DNA of 64,000 bases. Origin: Candidatus Spongiisociaceae bacterium. GTDB taxonomy: Bacteria; Actinomycetota; Acidimicrobiia; Spongiisociales; Spongiisociaceae. The notes beneath the pieces were generated by a model. The model made no database searches and was not told the origin of the DNA. It saw nothing but the letters and a program-made list of their open reading frames with translations. The translations under genes and the position numbers were made by a program. The DNA is taken from NCBI GenBank assembly GCA_965202665.1, contig OZ241841.1, positions 1,632,001 to 1,696,000 of the forward strand, written 5' to 3'. This document shows, in pieces, positions 44,669-54,432 of this stretch; positions within the stretch are counted from its first letter, which is position 1, and each line of letters opens with the position of its first letter.

Positions 44669-47227
44669 ATGAAAATTCGTTCCAAGATGACGGCCGTATG
44701 GGCCGTCCTAATGGTCTTGGCCTTGGTGGCCGCCGCTTGCGGAGGAGGCGACGCCGACGACGCGGAGTCCCCGACCACCACCGTCGCCGCCGCCACCGCG
44801 GAAACCGCACCCGAAACCACCGCTCCGCCGGCTACGTTGGCCGCGGGCGAGGAGTTTTCAGCCGGCCCGTTGGGGGCGGTGGAGGTAGCCCCGGGCGATG
44901 ACGTTCAGATTCGTTCGTTGGAGGCCATCACCGGCGATGTGGCCTTTTTGGGCATTCCCAACCAGCGGGGCGTGAAAATGGCGATCGAGGATTACGGTCC
45001 CATTAAGGGCCACAACGTGACTTTCGGGGTGGGGTTGGATGATTTGTGTTCGCCGGACGGGGGGCAGGCGGCGGCTCAGCAGATCGTGGCCGACCCGCAG
45101 GTGGTGGGGGTGATCGGCACTTCCTGTTCGGGGGCCGCCACCGCCGCTTCGCCGCTGATTTCGGACGCCGGGTTGGTGATGATTTCCGCTTCCAACACTT
45201 CCCCGGCTTTAACCTCCAACCTGGCGGGCGTCCCCGGCGACTCCTATCAAAAAGGTTATTACCGGGTGGCCCACAACGATTTGTTCCAGGGCCGGGCGGT
45301 GGCCGAGTTCGTCCGCAACTCCCTGGGCCTGAGCACCGCGGCGGCCATTCACGACGGCGATCCGTACACGGAGGGTTTGGCTTCCGCTTTCGCCGATGCT
45401 TTCGCCGAGGTGGGGGGTACGGTTACCACGGTGGCGGCGGTGAACAAGGGGGACACCGATATGACTCCGGTGCTGACGGAGGTGGCTACCGGTTCCCCGC
45501 AGGTGCTGTTTTTCCCGATTTTCCCGCCGGAGGGCGGTTACATCGCCCAGCAGGTGGGGAGCGTGTCCGGCATGGAGGGCGTGGTGTTGGTGGGGGCGGA
45601 CGGGTTGCTGGTGGACAACCATATGGAGTTGCCGGAGTCGGAGGGAATGTATTTCTCCGGCCCCGACCTGCGTTACGGTTCCAACCGCAACAGCGTCACC
45701 GGCAAGTCGGCGGACGAGTTCCTGGCCCAGTATGAAGAGGAGTACGGGGAGGCCCCGTCGGCTCCTTTCTGGGCCCACGCCTACGACGCCGCCATCATGC
45801 TGTTGTCCGCCATCGACCGGGCTTCGGTGGATCAGGAGGGAACCTTGTGGATCGACCGGCAGCAGGTGCGGGACGCTTTGGAATCCACCATGTTCGACGG
45901 AATCATCGGCTCCATTTCCTGCGACGCCTACGGGGACTGCGGGGCGGGGAAGATCACGGTGGTGCATCACGCCGACTCCTCCAACTTGGAGGCGGGCAAG
46001 CAGAACGTAGTGTTCAGCTACTCCCCGACGGCGGTCACCGGAGACGGGTTCGTTCCCGGTTCGCTGGGAGTGGTGGAGGTGGCCCCGGGCGATGACATTC
46101 AGCTTCGTTCGTTGCTGGCCATCAGCGGCGATGTGGCCTTTTTGGGCATCCCCGACCAGCGGGCCACCAAGATAGCGATGGAGGATTTCGGTCCCATCAA
46201 AGGGTTCAACGTGACCTTCGGGGTGGGGTTGGATGATCTGTGTTCGCCGGACGGGGGGCAGGCGGCGGCTCAGCAGATCGTGGCCGACCCGCAGGTGGTG
46301 GGGGTGATCGGCACTTCCTGTTCGGGGGCCGCCACCGCCGCTTCGCCGCTGATTTCGGACGCCGGGTTGGTGATGATCTCATCATCCAACACCTCCCCGG
46401 CTTTGACCTCCGATTTGGCGGGCACCCCGGGGCCGTCGTGGAACAAAGGTTATTACCGGGTGGCCCACAACGATTTGTTCCAGGGCCGGGCGGTGGCCGA
46501 GTTCATCAAAAACAATTTGGAACTGGACATAGCGGCCACCATCCACGACGGCGATCCGTACACGCAGGGTTTGGCTTCCGCTTTCGCCAACGCTTTCACT
46601 CAGTTGGGGGGTACGGTGACGACGGTGGCGGCGGTGAACAAGGGCGACACCGATATGACGCCGGTGTTGACGGAGGTAGCGGCCGGTTCCCCGCAGGTGC
46701 TGTTTTTCCCGATTTTCCCGCCGGAGGGCGGTTACATCGCCCAGCAGGTGGGGAGCGTGTCCGGCATGGAGGATGTGGTGTTGGTGGGGGCGGACGGGTT
46801 GCTGGTGGACAACCATATGGAGTTGCCGGAGTCGGAGGGAATGTATTTCTCCGGCCCCGACCTGCGTTACGGTTCCAACCGCAACAGCGTCACCGGCAAG
46901 TCGGCGGACGAGTTCCTGGCCCAGTATGAAGAGGAGTACGGGGAGCCCCCGTCGGCTCCTTTCTGGGCCCACTCCTACGACGCCACCGTCATGTTGCTGT
47001 CCGCCATTCAAGAAGCCTCCAACGAGGACGGCAGCGGGTCGTTGCTGATCGATCGGGCGGCCCTGCGGGCGGCGGTGGACGCCACCATGTTCGACGGAAT
47101 CATCGGCCCCATCTCCTGCGACGCCTTCGGGGACTGCGGGGCGGGGAAGATCACGGTGGTCTATCACACCGACTCCTCCGACTTGGCGGCGGGCAAGGAA
47201 AACGTAGTGTTCAGCTTCTCCCCCTGA
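44669..47227 (+). CDS. Branched-chain amino-acid-type ABC substrate-binding lipoprotein with two tandem binding domains
   Basis: Lipobox AAAC; twice DDLCSPDGG...VVGVIGTSCSGAA...SNTSP...YYRVAHND...IHDGDPYT; RBS GGAGG; start ATG 44669 (or GTG 44666). Confidence 0.9.
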   Translation: MKIRSKMTAVWAVLMVLALVAAACGGGDADDAESPTTTVAAATAETAPETTAPPATLAAGEEFSAGPLGAVEVAPGDDVQIRSLEAITGDVAFLGIPNQRGVKMAIEDYGPIKGHNVTFGVGLDDLCSPDGGQAAAQQIVADPQVVGVIGTSCSGAATAASPLISDAGLVMISASNTSPALTSNLAGVPGDSYQKGYYRVAHNDLFQGRAVAEFVRNSLGLSTAAAIHDGDPYTEGLASAFADAFAEVGGTVTTVAAVNKGDTDMTPVLTEVATGSPQVLFFPIFPPEGGYIAQQVGSVSGMEGVVLVGADGLLVDNHMELPESEGMYFSGPDLRYGSNRNSVTGKSADEFLAQYEEEYGEAPSAPFWAHAYDAAIMLLSAIDRASVDQEGTLWIDRQQVRDALESTMFDGIIGSISCDAYGDCGAGKITVVHHADSSNLEAGKQNVVFSYSPTAVTGDGFVPGSLGVVEVAPGDDIQLRSLLAISGDVAFLGIPDQRATKIAMEDFGPIKGFNVTFGVGLDDLCSPDGGQAAAQQIVADPQVVGVIGTSCSGAATAASPLISDAGLVMISSSNTSPALTSDLAGTPGPSWNKGYYRVAHNDLFQGRAVAEFIKNNLELDIAATIHDGDPYTQGLASAFANAFTQLGGTVTTVAAVNKGDTDMTPVLTEVAAGSPQVLFFPIFPPEGGYIAQQVGSVSGMEDVVLVGADGLLVDNHMELPESEGMYFSGPDLRYGSNRNSVTGKSADEFLAQYEEEYGEPPSAPFWAHSYDATVMLLSAIQEASNEDGSGSLLIDRAALRAAVDATMFDGIIGPISCDAFGDCGAGKITVVYHTDSSDLAAGKENVVFSFSP
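44870..47220 (+). repeat. 1,194-bp-period internal duplication within the binding-protein gene
   Basis: TGTTCGCCGGACGGGGGGCAGG at 45047 and 46241, followed by long nucleotide-identical stretches. Confidence 0.9.
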
Positions 47228-47250
47228 TCCCCGACCGCAACTTTTCCGGG

Positions 47251-47284
47251 AAGCGGCGCCGCCCACGGACGGCGCCGCTTTCTC
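47251..47284 (+). terminator. Hairpin (intrinsic terminator or mRNA stabiliser) between the binding-protein and permease genes
   Basis: AAGCGGCGCCG-cccacgga-CGGCGCCGCTT followed by a short T tract. Confidence 0.65.
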
Positions 47285-47351
47285 GTCGGGGAGCCCGAAT
47301 GCCGGGGCAAACCGCGCCGCGCCGGGCGGTCATCCGGTAAAGTAGTTTCCC

Positions 47352-48446
47352 GTGACTACCTCATCGGCTCTGCGGCGACGCTGGCGGGTTCCCAACTGGG
47401 TGGATTCGTTTCTCTGGTTTCTGCGCCTGGCCGCCATCCTGGTGCTCATCTGGGGCGTAACCGGAACCGTGGTGCGGGGGATAAACGGCGAAGGACCCAC
47501 CGGCGAGGCGTGGCGGGACCTGATTATCGCCGGCGTCGCCCAAGGGGCGATGTACGGATTGATCGCCCTGGGCTACTCCATGGTGTACGGCGTGCTGGGG
47601 TTCATCAACTTCGCCCACGGCGAAGTGTTCATGTCGGGGGCGATGGTGGGTTTTTTCGTGGCCAACTACCTGTTCGACGCCGGGATGTGGGAAGCCAACT
47701 TCATTTTGGCCCTGTTTTTGGTGTTGCTCACCTCCATCCTCACCTCCACCCTGGTGGCCGTCATCGTGGAACGGGTGGCCTACCGCCCGTTGCGCAACGC
47801 CCCCCGCCTCATCCCGCTCATCACCTCCATCGGCATCTCCTTTTTCCTGCAATACACTTTCGCCGGCCTGTTCGGGGTGGCGGTGAACAGCTACCCGCCT
47901 CCCCCCGACGGATTGCGGGAGCGCATCAACCTGCTGGGGCTGCAAATAGAAGGAGTGAAACTGCTGGTCATCGCGGTGGCGGTGGTTTCCATGGTGGGTT
48001 TGTACCTGTTCGTGGAGCGCACCCGCGCCGGACGGGCCATTCGGGCGGTGGCCGAAGACAAAGAAATCGCCGCCCTGATGGGAATCAACGTCAACCGCAC
48101 CATCGTGGCCACCTTCGCGGTGGGCGGGGCGATGGCCGGGGTGGCGGGAACCCTGTGGGCCCTCCTGTTCCGGGGGGTGTCGTTCATCACCGGTTTCCTG
48201 CCCGGGATTAAAGCTTTCACCGCCGCCGTGCTGGGGGGCATCGGCAACCTGGTGGGGGCGATGACCGGGGGGTTGCTGCTGGGGGTGTTCGAAGGGGTGA
48301 TGCCGCAGCTGGTGCTGGGCGGGCTGGGGATCCCCGGCGTGGCCCAGCTGAAAGACGTGGTGGCTTTCACCGCCCTGGTGCTGGTTTTGGTGTTCCGCCC
48401 CACCGGACTGCTGGGCGAGCGCCTGTCGGTGGAGGACCGGACATGA
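47352..48446 (+). CDS. livH: Branched-chain amino-acid ABC permease (LivH-like)
   Basis: GAMYGLIALGYSMVYGVLGFINFAHGEVFM, ERVAYRPLR, GRAIRAVAED, KAFTAAVLGGIG. Confidence 0.9.
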   Translation: MTTSSALRRRWRVPNWVDSFLWFLRLAAILVLIWGVTGTVVRGINGEGPTGEAWRDLIIAGVAQGAMYGLIALGYSMVYGVLGFINFAHGEVFMSGAMVGFFVANYLFDAGMWEANFILALFLVLLTSILTSTLVAVIVERVAYRPLRNAPRLIPLITSIGISFFLQYTFAGLFGVAVNSYPPPPDGLRERINLLGLQIEGVKLLVIAVAVVSMVGLYLFVERTRAGRAIRAVAEDKEIAALMGINVNRTIVATFAVGGAMAGVAGTLWALLFRGVSFITGFLPGIKAFTAAVLGGIGNLVGAMTGGLLLGVFEGVMPQLVLGGLGIPGVAQLKDVVAFTALVLVLVFRPTGLLGERLSVEDRT

Positions 48447-50236
48447 TGGAACAAACCGCCCTGGCCGCCCACTGGCGCCAAACCTTGCGCTGGGGGCTGA
48501 TCGGCGGGTTGCTGATGGTGTTCGCGGCCGCGGTGGGGATGGTGCAACTGTTCGACGAGGCCCGCGTCGTCATCCACCCGGTGTTGAGCCTGGGCTACCT
48601 GTCCCTGTTCTGGTTCGTCCCGCTGGCCGGATACCTGGCCACCAAAGTAAAAGTCCTGGAAGGCATGGCCGCCCCCCCCGCCGGCCTGCGCAACGTAGCG
48701 GCCGGGGCCCTGTCCGGCCTGGTCGGCTGGGCGCTGCTGGCGGCTTTCACCCTGCTCATCAACGCCTTCAACCTGCGGGACGTGTTCGTAAAACTGTCCC
48801 CCAAACTGGTCCTGTTGCTCACCTTCGGCCGCGGTTTGGGGGCCGGCCTGGCTTTGCTGGCGTTGGCGGCGGTTCTGCTGGGGACGGCGGGCGGCGCGGC
48901 CCATGTGCTCCCCCGCCATTGGCGGCGGGCGGTGATCCTGGCCGTGGAATGGGTGTTGATCATCGCCATTCTGGAAACGGTGTTCACCCAGGTGCTGCGC
49001 GAGGTGGGTTTAATCCGGGTGGCGTCGGCCGTGTTCGACGAAGGCGGAATACAATGGTGGTCGGCCATCCTCATCGCCCTGCTGGCCGGGGTGCTGTCTT
49101 TGGCCTCCGCCCGCCGTGAAGGGAATCGCCCCAACCGGTTCAAAGCCTTCCTTTTCCCGTCCGAAGGCCGGCGCCGCACCCGCAATTCGTTGCTGACCGC
49201 GGCGGCGGTGCTGATTTTGCTCGTCATCCTGCCGCAAGTGATGGGGTCGCTCCTGTCCGACCTGCTGGCCAACGTGGGCCTGTTTCTGCTGATGGGCCTG
49301 GGGTTGAACATAGTGGTCGGGTTGGCGGGGATGCTGGACTTGGGATACGTGGCCTTCTTCGCAGTGGGCGCCTACACGGTGGGGGTGCTGACCTCCCCGG
49401 TCTCCCCCCGCTTCGACCTGGGATGGCCCTGGTGGGCGGCCCTGCCCGCCGCCCTGGTGGTGTCGGCCATCGCCGGCATCCTGGTGGGCACCCCGGTGAT
49501 TCGCATGCGGGGCGACTACCTGGCCATCGTCACCCTCGGCTTCGGGGAGATAGTGCGCATCCTGTTTTTGTCCGACTGGCTGGCCCCCACTTTCGGCGGC
49601 GCCCAGGGGGTGTTGAACATTCCCGGCATACCGCTCGGTTTCACCGAGGTGCGGGGCACCAACCCGCAGGGCATCCTCTACTTCGCGGCCGCCCTGGTGA
49701 TCATCGCCGCCTGGGTTTCCTGGGCCCTGCAGGAGTCCCGCATCGGCCGCGCCTGGACCGCTTTGCGGGAAGACGAAACGGTGGCTTCGGCGATGGGCAT
49801 CAACACGGTGCGGGCCAAACTGAACGCCTTCATCGTAGGGGCGATCCTGGCCGGAATGGGAGGGGCCCTGTTTTCGGCCAAAATCGGGTCGGTCTTCCCC
49901 AAATCCTTCGAGTTGCTGGTGTCGATGATCATCCTGGTGGTGGTGATCGTGGGCGGCATGGGGAACATCACCGGGGTGGCGGTGGGGGCGGTGGTCCTGA
50001 TCGGGGTGCTGGGCGGCCCCCGCCAGCCGGGACTGCTGCAGGAGTTCGGCGAGTTCAAACTGCTCATCTACGGGGCGCTGCTGGTGTTTATGATGCTCCG
50101 CCGGCCTGAGGGGCTGGTGCCCAGCGTCCGACGATCCCGCGAGTTGCACGCCGACGAGTTGACCCAGGACGCCTGGTTGGACAAAGACGGGACCTTCACC
50201 GACGCGGAGGCCCTGCCGGGCGGGGAGCGGTCCTGA
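48443..50236 (+). CDS. livM: Branched-chain amino-acid ABC permease (LivM-like) with long N-terminal membrane extension
   Basis: LGLNIVVGLAGMLDLGYVAFFAVGAY, RMRGDYLAIVTLGFGEI, GRAWTALREDE, VIVGGMG. Confidence 0.9.
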   Translation: MMEQTALAAHWRQTLRWGLIGGLLMVFAAAVGMVQLFDEARVVIHPVLSLGYLSLFWFVPLAGYLATKVKVLEGMAAPPAGLRNVAAGALSGLVGWALLAAFTLLINAFNLRDVFVKLSPKLVLLLTFGRGLGAGLALLALAAVLLGTAGGAAHVLPRHWRRAVILAVEWVLIIAILETVFTQVLREVGLIRVASAVFDEGGIQWWSAILIALLAGVLSLASARREGNRPNRFKAFLFPSEGRRRTRNSLLTAAAVLILLVILPQVMGSLLSDLLANVGLFLLMGLGLNIVVGLAGMLDLGYVAFFAVGAYTVGVLTSPVSPRFDLGWPWWAALPAALVVSAIAGILVGTPVIRMRGDYLAIVTLGFGEIVRILFLSDWLAPTFGGAQGVLNIPGIPLGFTEVRGTNPQGILYFAAALVIIAAWVSWALQESRIGRAWTALREDETVASAMGINTVRAKLNAFIVGAILAGMGGALFSAKIGSVFPKSFELLVSMIILVVVIVGGMGNITGVAVGAVVLIGVLGGPRQPGLLQEFGEFKLLIYGALLVFMMLRRPEGLVPSVRRSRELHADELTQDAWLDKDGTFTDAEALPGGERS

Positions 50237-51015
50237 TGCCCCTGTTGGAAATTCGCGGACTGCACAAGTCCTTCGGAGGGGTGGAGGCCCTGGCCGGGGT
50301 GGACTTCCATGTGGAACGGGACGAGATCGTGTCGGTGATCGGCCCCAACGGGGCGGGCAAAACCTCCTTTTTCAACGCGGTGACCGGCATCTATCCGCCC
50401 GACCGGGGCGAGTTGCTTTTCAAAGAACGCAACCTGGCCGGGTTGGAACCGAGCGACATCACCGCCTTGGGCATCGCCCGCACCTTCCAGACGGTGCGCC
50501 TCTTCCCCAACATGACCGTGTTGGAAAACGTGATGGTGGCCCAGCACTGCCGCACCAAAGCCGGGTCTTTCCAGGCCATTTTCCGCACTCCCGCCTTCCG
50601 CCGGGAAGAAGCCCTCATCGCCGAAAACGCCCGCAACATCCTGTCCTTTTTCGGTTCCCGGCTGGTCGGATACCGGTTCGACCAACCCGCTTTTTCCCTG
50701 TCCTACGCCAACCGGCGCCGGTTGGAAATCGCCCGGGCGATGGCCGCCGAACCGGACCTGTTGTTGTTGGACGAACCGGTGGCGGGCATGAACCCGCAGG
50801 AAACCGCCGAGTTGATCGGCCTCATCCGCCGCCTGCGCGACGAACGGGGTTTCACGGTGGTGGTAATCGAACACGACATGCGGGTGGTGCGGGAAGTGAG
50901 CGACCGGGTGGCGGTGCTCGATCACGGCGTGAAGATCGCCGAAGGCTCCTACGAACAGGTGTCCTCCGACGAAAACGTGATCGAAGCTTATTTGGGACGA
51001 CCGGCGGCGGGATGA
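50236..51015 (+). CDS. livG: ABC ATP-binding protein (LivG-like)
   Basis: IGPNGAGKT, GIARTFQ, LSYANRRRLEIARA, LLLDEPVAGMN, IEHDM, VIEAYLG. Confidence 0.92.
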   Translation: MPLLEIRGLHKSFGGVEALAGVDFHVERDEIVSVIGPNGAGKTSFFNAVTGIYPPDRGELLFKERNLAGLEPSDITALGIARTFQTVRLFPNMTVLENVMVAQHCRTKAGSFQAIFRTPAFRREEALIAENARNILSFFGSRLVGYRFDQPAFSLSYANRRRLEIARAMAAEPDLLLLDEPVAGMNPQETAELIGLIRRLRDERGFTVVVIEHDMRVVREVSDRVAVLDHGVKIAEGSYEQVSSDENVIEAYLGRPAAG

Positions 51016-51764
51016 TATCCCCTTCCCTTTCCCCCGCGGTCCCCCCCGACCCCCGTCCCGCTTTGGAAATGCGGGGGGTGCACACCCACTACGGGCAGGT
51101 GCACATTCTCAAAGACGTCAACCTGGCCGTCCACCCCGGGCAGATCGCCTGCCTGCTGGGGGGCAACGCCTCCGGCAAGACCACCACCCTCAAAACCATT
51201 CTGGGGATGGTGCGTCCCACCGCGGGCGAAGTGCTGGTGGACGGGGAGGCGGTCACCGGCTGGCCCACCGCCCGCATCGTGGAACGGGGCGTGTCCATGG
51301 TCCCGGAAAACCGGCGCCTGTTCAAACGGATGACGGTGCGGGAAAACCTGGAGATAGGGGCCTATTTGCGCTCCGACGACCTTTCCGCCGACTACGACCG
51401 AATTTTCGCAATGTTCCCCCGCCTCAAAGAGCGGCTCGGCCAGAAGGCGGGCACCCTGTCCGGAGGCGAACAGCAGATGGTGGCGGTGAGCCGGGCGTTG
51501 ATGGCCCGCCCCAAGGTGCTGCTGATGGACGAGCCGTCCATGGGCCTGGCCCCGGTGCTGGTGGCGCAAAACTTTGAAATCATCCAGCGTATCAACCAAG
51601 CGGGGGCCACCGTGTTGGTGGTGGAGCAGAACGCCAACATGGCCCTGTCCATCGCCGACTACGGTTTCGTGTTGCAGACCGGCCAGGTGGTGCTGGCCGA
51701 CACCGCCGCTAGCCTGTTGGAAAACCCGGATATGCGCCGCGCCTACCTGGGACAGGCGGAATAG
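51012..51764 (+). CDS. livF: ABC ATP-binding protein (LivF-like)
   Basis: GGNASGKTT, FPRLKER..QKAGTLSGGEQQM, DEPSMGLAP, VEQNA, RAYLG. Confidence 0.92.
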   Translation: MISPSLSPAVPPDPRPALEMRGVHTHYGQVHILKDVNLAVHPGQIACLLGGNASGKTTTLKTILGMVRPTAGEVLVDGEAVTGWPTARIVERGVSMVPENRRLFKRMTVRENLEIGAYLRSDDLSADYDRIFAMFPRLKERLGQKAGTLSGGEQQMVAVSRALMARPKVLLMDEPSMGLAPVLVAQNFEIIQRINQAGATVLVVEQNANMALSIADYGFVLQTGQVVLADTAASLLENPDMRRAYLGQAE

Positions 51765-51795
51765 GGCGCCCGCCTAAAGTGAAGGAGTCCCTGCG

Positions 51796-54345
51796 ATGAG
51801 ATTTTCTCCCCGGTTGCGCCGGGCGACGGGGACGGCCCTGTCCCTTATGTTGGCGGCCGCCGCTTGCGGGAGCGACCCCGCCCCGGTCGTCACCGAAGCG
51901 CCCGCCGCCCCTTCCACCACCGCCCCCGCCCCTTCTACCACCGCCGCGGTCGAGCCGTCCGAGCCGTCCGAGCCGGAGCCCGCCGCCGGTCCGCTGGGGA
52001 CGGTGGAGGTGGGGCCGGGCGAATCCATCCACATCCGTTCCTTGGAGGACCTGAGCGGGGTGGGGATGAGCCGGGGGGTTCAAAACCGCAACGGAGTCGC
52101 CTTGGCGGTAGCCCACTACGGGCCGATTATGGGACGGACGGTGCAGTTGGGGGAGCCGTTGGATGAAATGTGCACCCCGGAAGGGGGCCGGGCGGCCGCG
52201 CAACGGATCGCCGCCGACCGGCGGGTGGCGGGGGTGATCGGCACCACCTGCTCGGCGGCCGCCACCGGTGCTTCGCCGGTGCTTTCCGAAGCGGGAATGG
52301 CGATGATCTCGGCGGTCAACACCTCCCCCTATATGACATCGGATTTGGAGGGAACGCCGGGGGAGCACTGGCATGAAGGCTATTACCGGGTGTCGCACAA
52401 CGACCTGTATCAGAGTTTCGCGGCGGCCGACTTCATAATCGGCGCCTTGGGGTTGGAACGGGCGGCCGCCGTTCACGACGGCGACCCCTACACCGAAGGC
52501 CTGGCTTCCGCCTTCGTCGATTCGTTCATCGCCCGGGGAGGCGAGATAACCTCCTTCAGACACGCCAATCGGGGGGATGAGGATCTGGTTCCCCTTTTGA
52601 CCGCCGTCGCCGAAGGCTCCCCGGAGGTCCTGTTTATGGCCTTGTGGCCGCCGGAGGCCATGCACATCGCCCGTCAGATGGACCAGGTTCCCGGTTTGGA
52701 GAACACGGTGGTCGTCGGAAACTACGAACTCCGCCTCAACGACGACCTGTTGAGCATGCCCGAAACCGAAGGAATGTATTTCTCCGGCCCCGACCTGCGC
52801 CTGGGGGCCAACCGCAACAGCCTCACCGGCAAGTCGGTGGGGGAGTTGCTGGCCGACTACCAAGCGGAATTCGGCCCTTCCCCGGACCCGCCGACCTGGT
52901 TGTTCGCCTACGACGCCGCCGTCATGTTGCTGGCCGCCATCGAAGCGGCGGCGGAGGAACGGGACGGGACGTTGCGCATCGACCGGGCGGCGGTGCGGGA
53001 GGCTTTGGACGCCGCCCGCTTCAACGGGGCGGTGGGGGAAATCCACTGTGAAGAATTCGGGGACTGCGGAACCGAACTGTTCGACGTCATTCACCACACC
53101 GACTCCTCCGATTTGGCGGCCAGCCGGGAAAATGTGGTGTTCGCCTACGACCCGTTCCATGAGACCCCCGGCCGGATGGTTCCGGGATCGTACGGGACGG
53201 TGGAGGTTCCCGCGGACGGCCCCATCGAAATCAGGGCCATGATGTCCGTCAGCGGCGACCTGGCTTTTCTGGGGATCCCCAACTACCGGATCGCCCAACT
53301 GGCGGTGGAGGATTACGGGCCCATCCAGGGACACCGGGTCAACCTGGGGCAAGTTTTGGACAGCATGTGCGCCGCCGATCCGGCTGCGGTTGCGGCCGCG
53401 GAGGCGGCGTCCGACCCGCAGGTGGTGGGGATTTTGGGCACCTCCTGTTCGGTTGCGGCAAGGGCCGCCCTGCCCGCCCTTTCCGAAGCGGGCCTGGCGA
53501 TGGTTTCCTCCGGCAACACCTTCCCGGAACTCACCTCCGACCTGGCGGGCACGCCGGGGGCGGATTGGCGCCGCGGCTATTACCGGGTGGCGCACAACGA
53601 CCTGCATCAGGGTTTGGCGGTGGCCCAATTCGTCAGCCGCCAACTGGGTTTCAGCACCGCGGCGGCCATCCACGAAGGCGACGCCTATTCGCGGGGTTTG
53701 TCGGACGCCTTCGCCGAGGCTTTCACCGGATTCGGGGGGGAAATGACCGGGTTCGCTTTGGCCGAAGGGGACCCGGCCGAGGCTGGCCTGGTGCTGGAAG
53801 AGTTGGCCGCCGCCTCCCCGCAGGCCCTGTTTTTCCCGTTTTACCCGCCCCGGGGGGAGGCCTTCCTGCAACAGGCGGAGGGGATGGCCGGCCTGGAGGA
53901 AACCGTTTTCATAGGCTACGGCTCCGGGGTGGGGATAGTTTTCGACATACCGGAGGGGCGTACGCTGTACCTGTCCATCACCGAACAGCGTTTCGGGGAC
54001 AACCGCAACGCCATCACCGGCCGCTCGGCCGACGAAATTATGACCATCTACCTGAACATGTATGGCGAACACCCGGGCGACGCCTTCTGGGCGCACGCCT
54101 ACGACGCGGCGGTGATGCTCCTGCACGCCATAGACGCGGTGGCGGTCAAGCAGGGGGAGACCTTGTTTATAAACCGGGTGGGGTTGCGGGCCGCTTTGGA
54201 CGCCACAAATTTCCAGGGGATAACCGGACGGTTGTCCTGCGACGCCTACGGGGACTGCGCCGACCCCGGCATCATCCTGGTGGACGCCAAACTGTCCGCC
54301 TCCCCCGCCGTGTTTGAAAACATACTCTTTTCCTACCAACCCTGA
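51796..54345 (+). CDS. Second tandem double-domain branched-chain amino-acid-type substrate-binding lipoprotein
   Basis: Lipobox AAAC; two diverged copies of the same domain (GTTCSAAA...YYRVSHND and GTSCSVAA...YYRVAHND); paralogous to 44669-47227. Confidence 0.88.
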   Translation: MRFSPRLRRATGTALSLMLAAAACGSDPAPVVTEAPAAPSTTAPAPSTTAAVEPSEPSEPEPAAGPLGTVEVGPGESIHIRSLEDLSGVGMSRGVQNRNGVALAVAHYGPIMGRTVQLGEPLDEMCTPEGGRAAAQRIAADRRVAGVIGTTCSAAATGASPVLSEAGMAMISAVNTSPYMTSDLEGTPGEHWHEGYYRVSHNDLYQSFAAADFIIGALGLERAAAVHDGDPYTEGLASAFVDSFIARGGEITSFRHANRGDEDLVPLLTAVAEGSPEVLFMALWPPEAMHIARQMDQVPGLENTVVVGNYELRLNDDLLSMPETEGMYFSGPDLRLGANRNSLTGKSVGELLADYQAEFGPSPDPPTWLFAYDAAVMLLAAIEAAAEERDGTLRIDRAAVREALDAARFNGAVGEIHCEEFGDCGTELFDVIHHTDSSDLAASRENVVFAYDPFHETPGRMVPGSYGTVEVPADGPIEIRAMMSVSGDLAFLGIPNYRIAQLAVEDYGPIQGHRVNLGQVLDSMCAADPAAVAAAEAASDPQVVGILGTSCSVAARAALPALSEAGLAMVSSGNTFPELTSDLAGTPGADWRRGYYRVAHNDLHQGLAVAQFVSRQLGFSTAAAIHEGDAYSRGLSDAFAEAFTGFGGEMTGFALAEGDPAEAGLVLEELAAASPQALFFPFYPPRGEAFLQQAEGMAGLEETVFIGYGSGVGIVFDIPEGRTLYLSITEQRFGDNRNAITGRSADEIMTIYLNMYGEHPGDAFWAHAYDAAVMLLHAIDAVAVKQGETLFINRVGLRAALDATNFQGITGRLSCDAYGDCADPGIILVDAKLSASPAVFENILFSYQP

Positions 54346-54432
54346 GCCCCCCGGCGCCCGGCCTCCCCGCCCGCCGCCCGCCGCCGAATTTTTTACATTC
54401 GACCCACAGCGGATAGCCTTCCGAGTCCCCGC

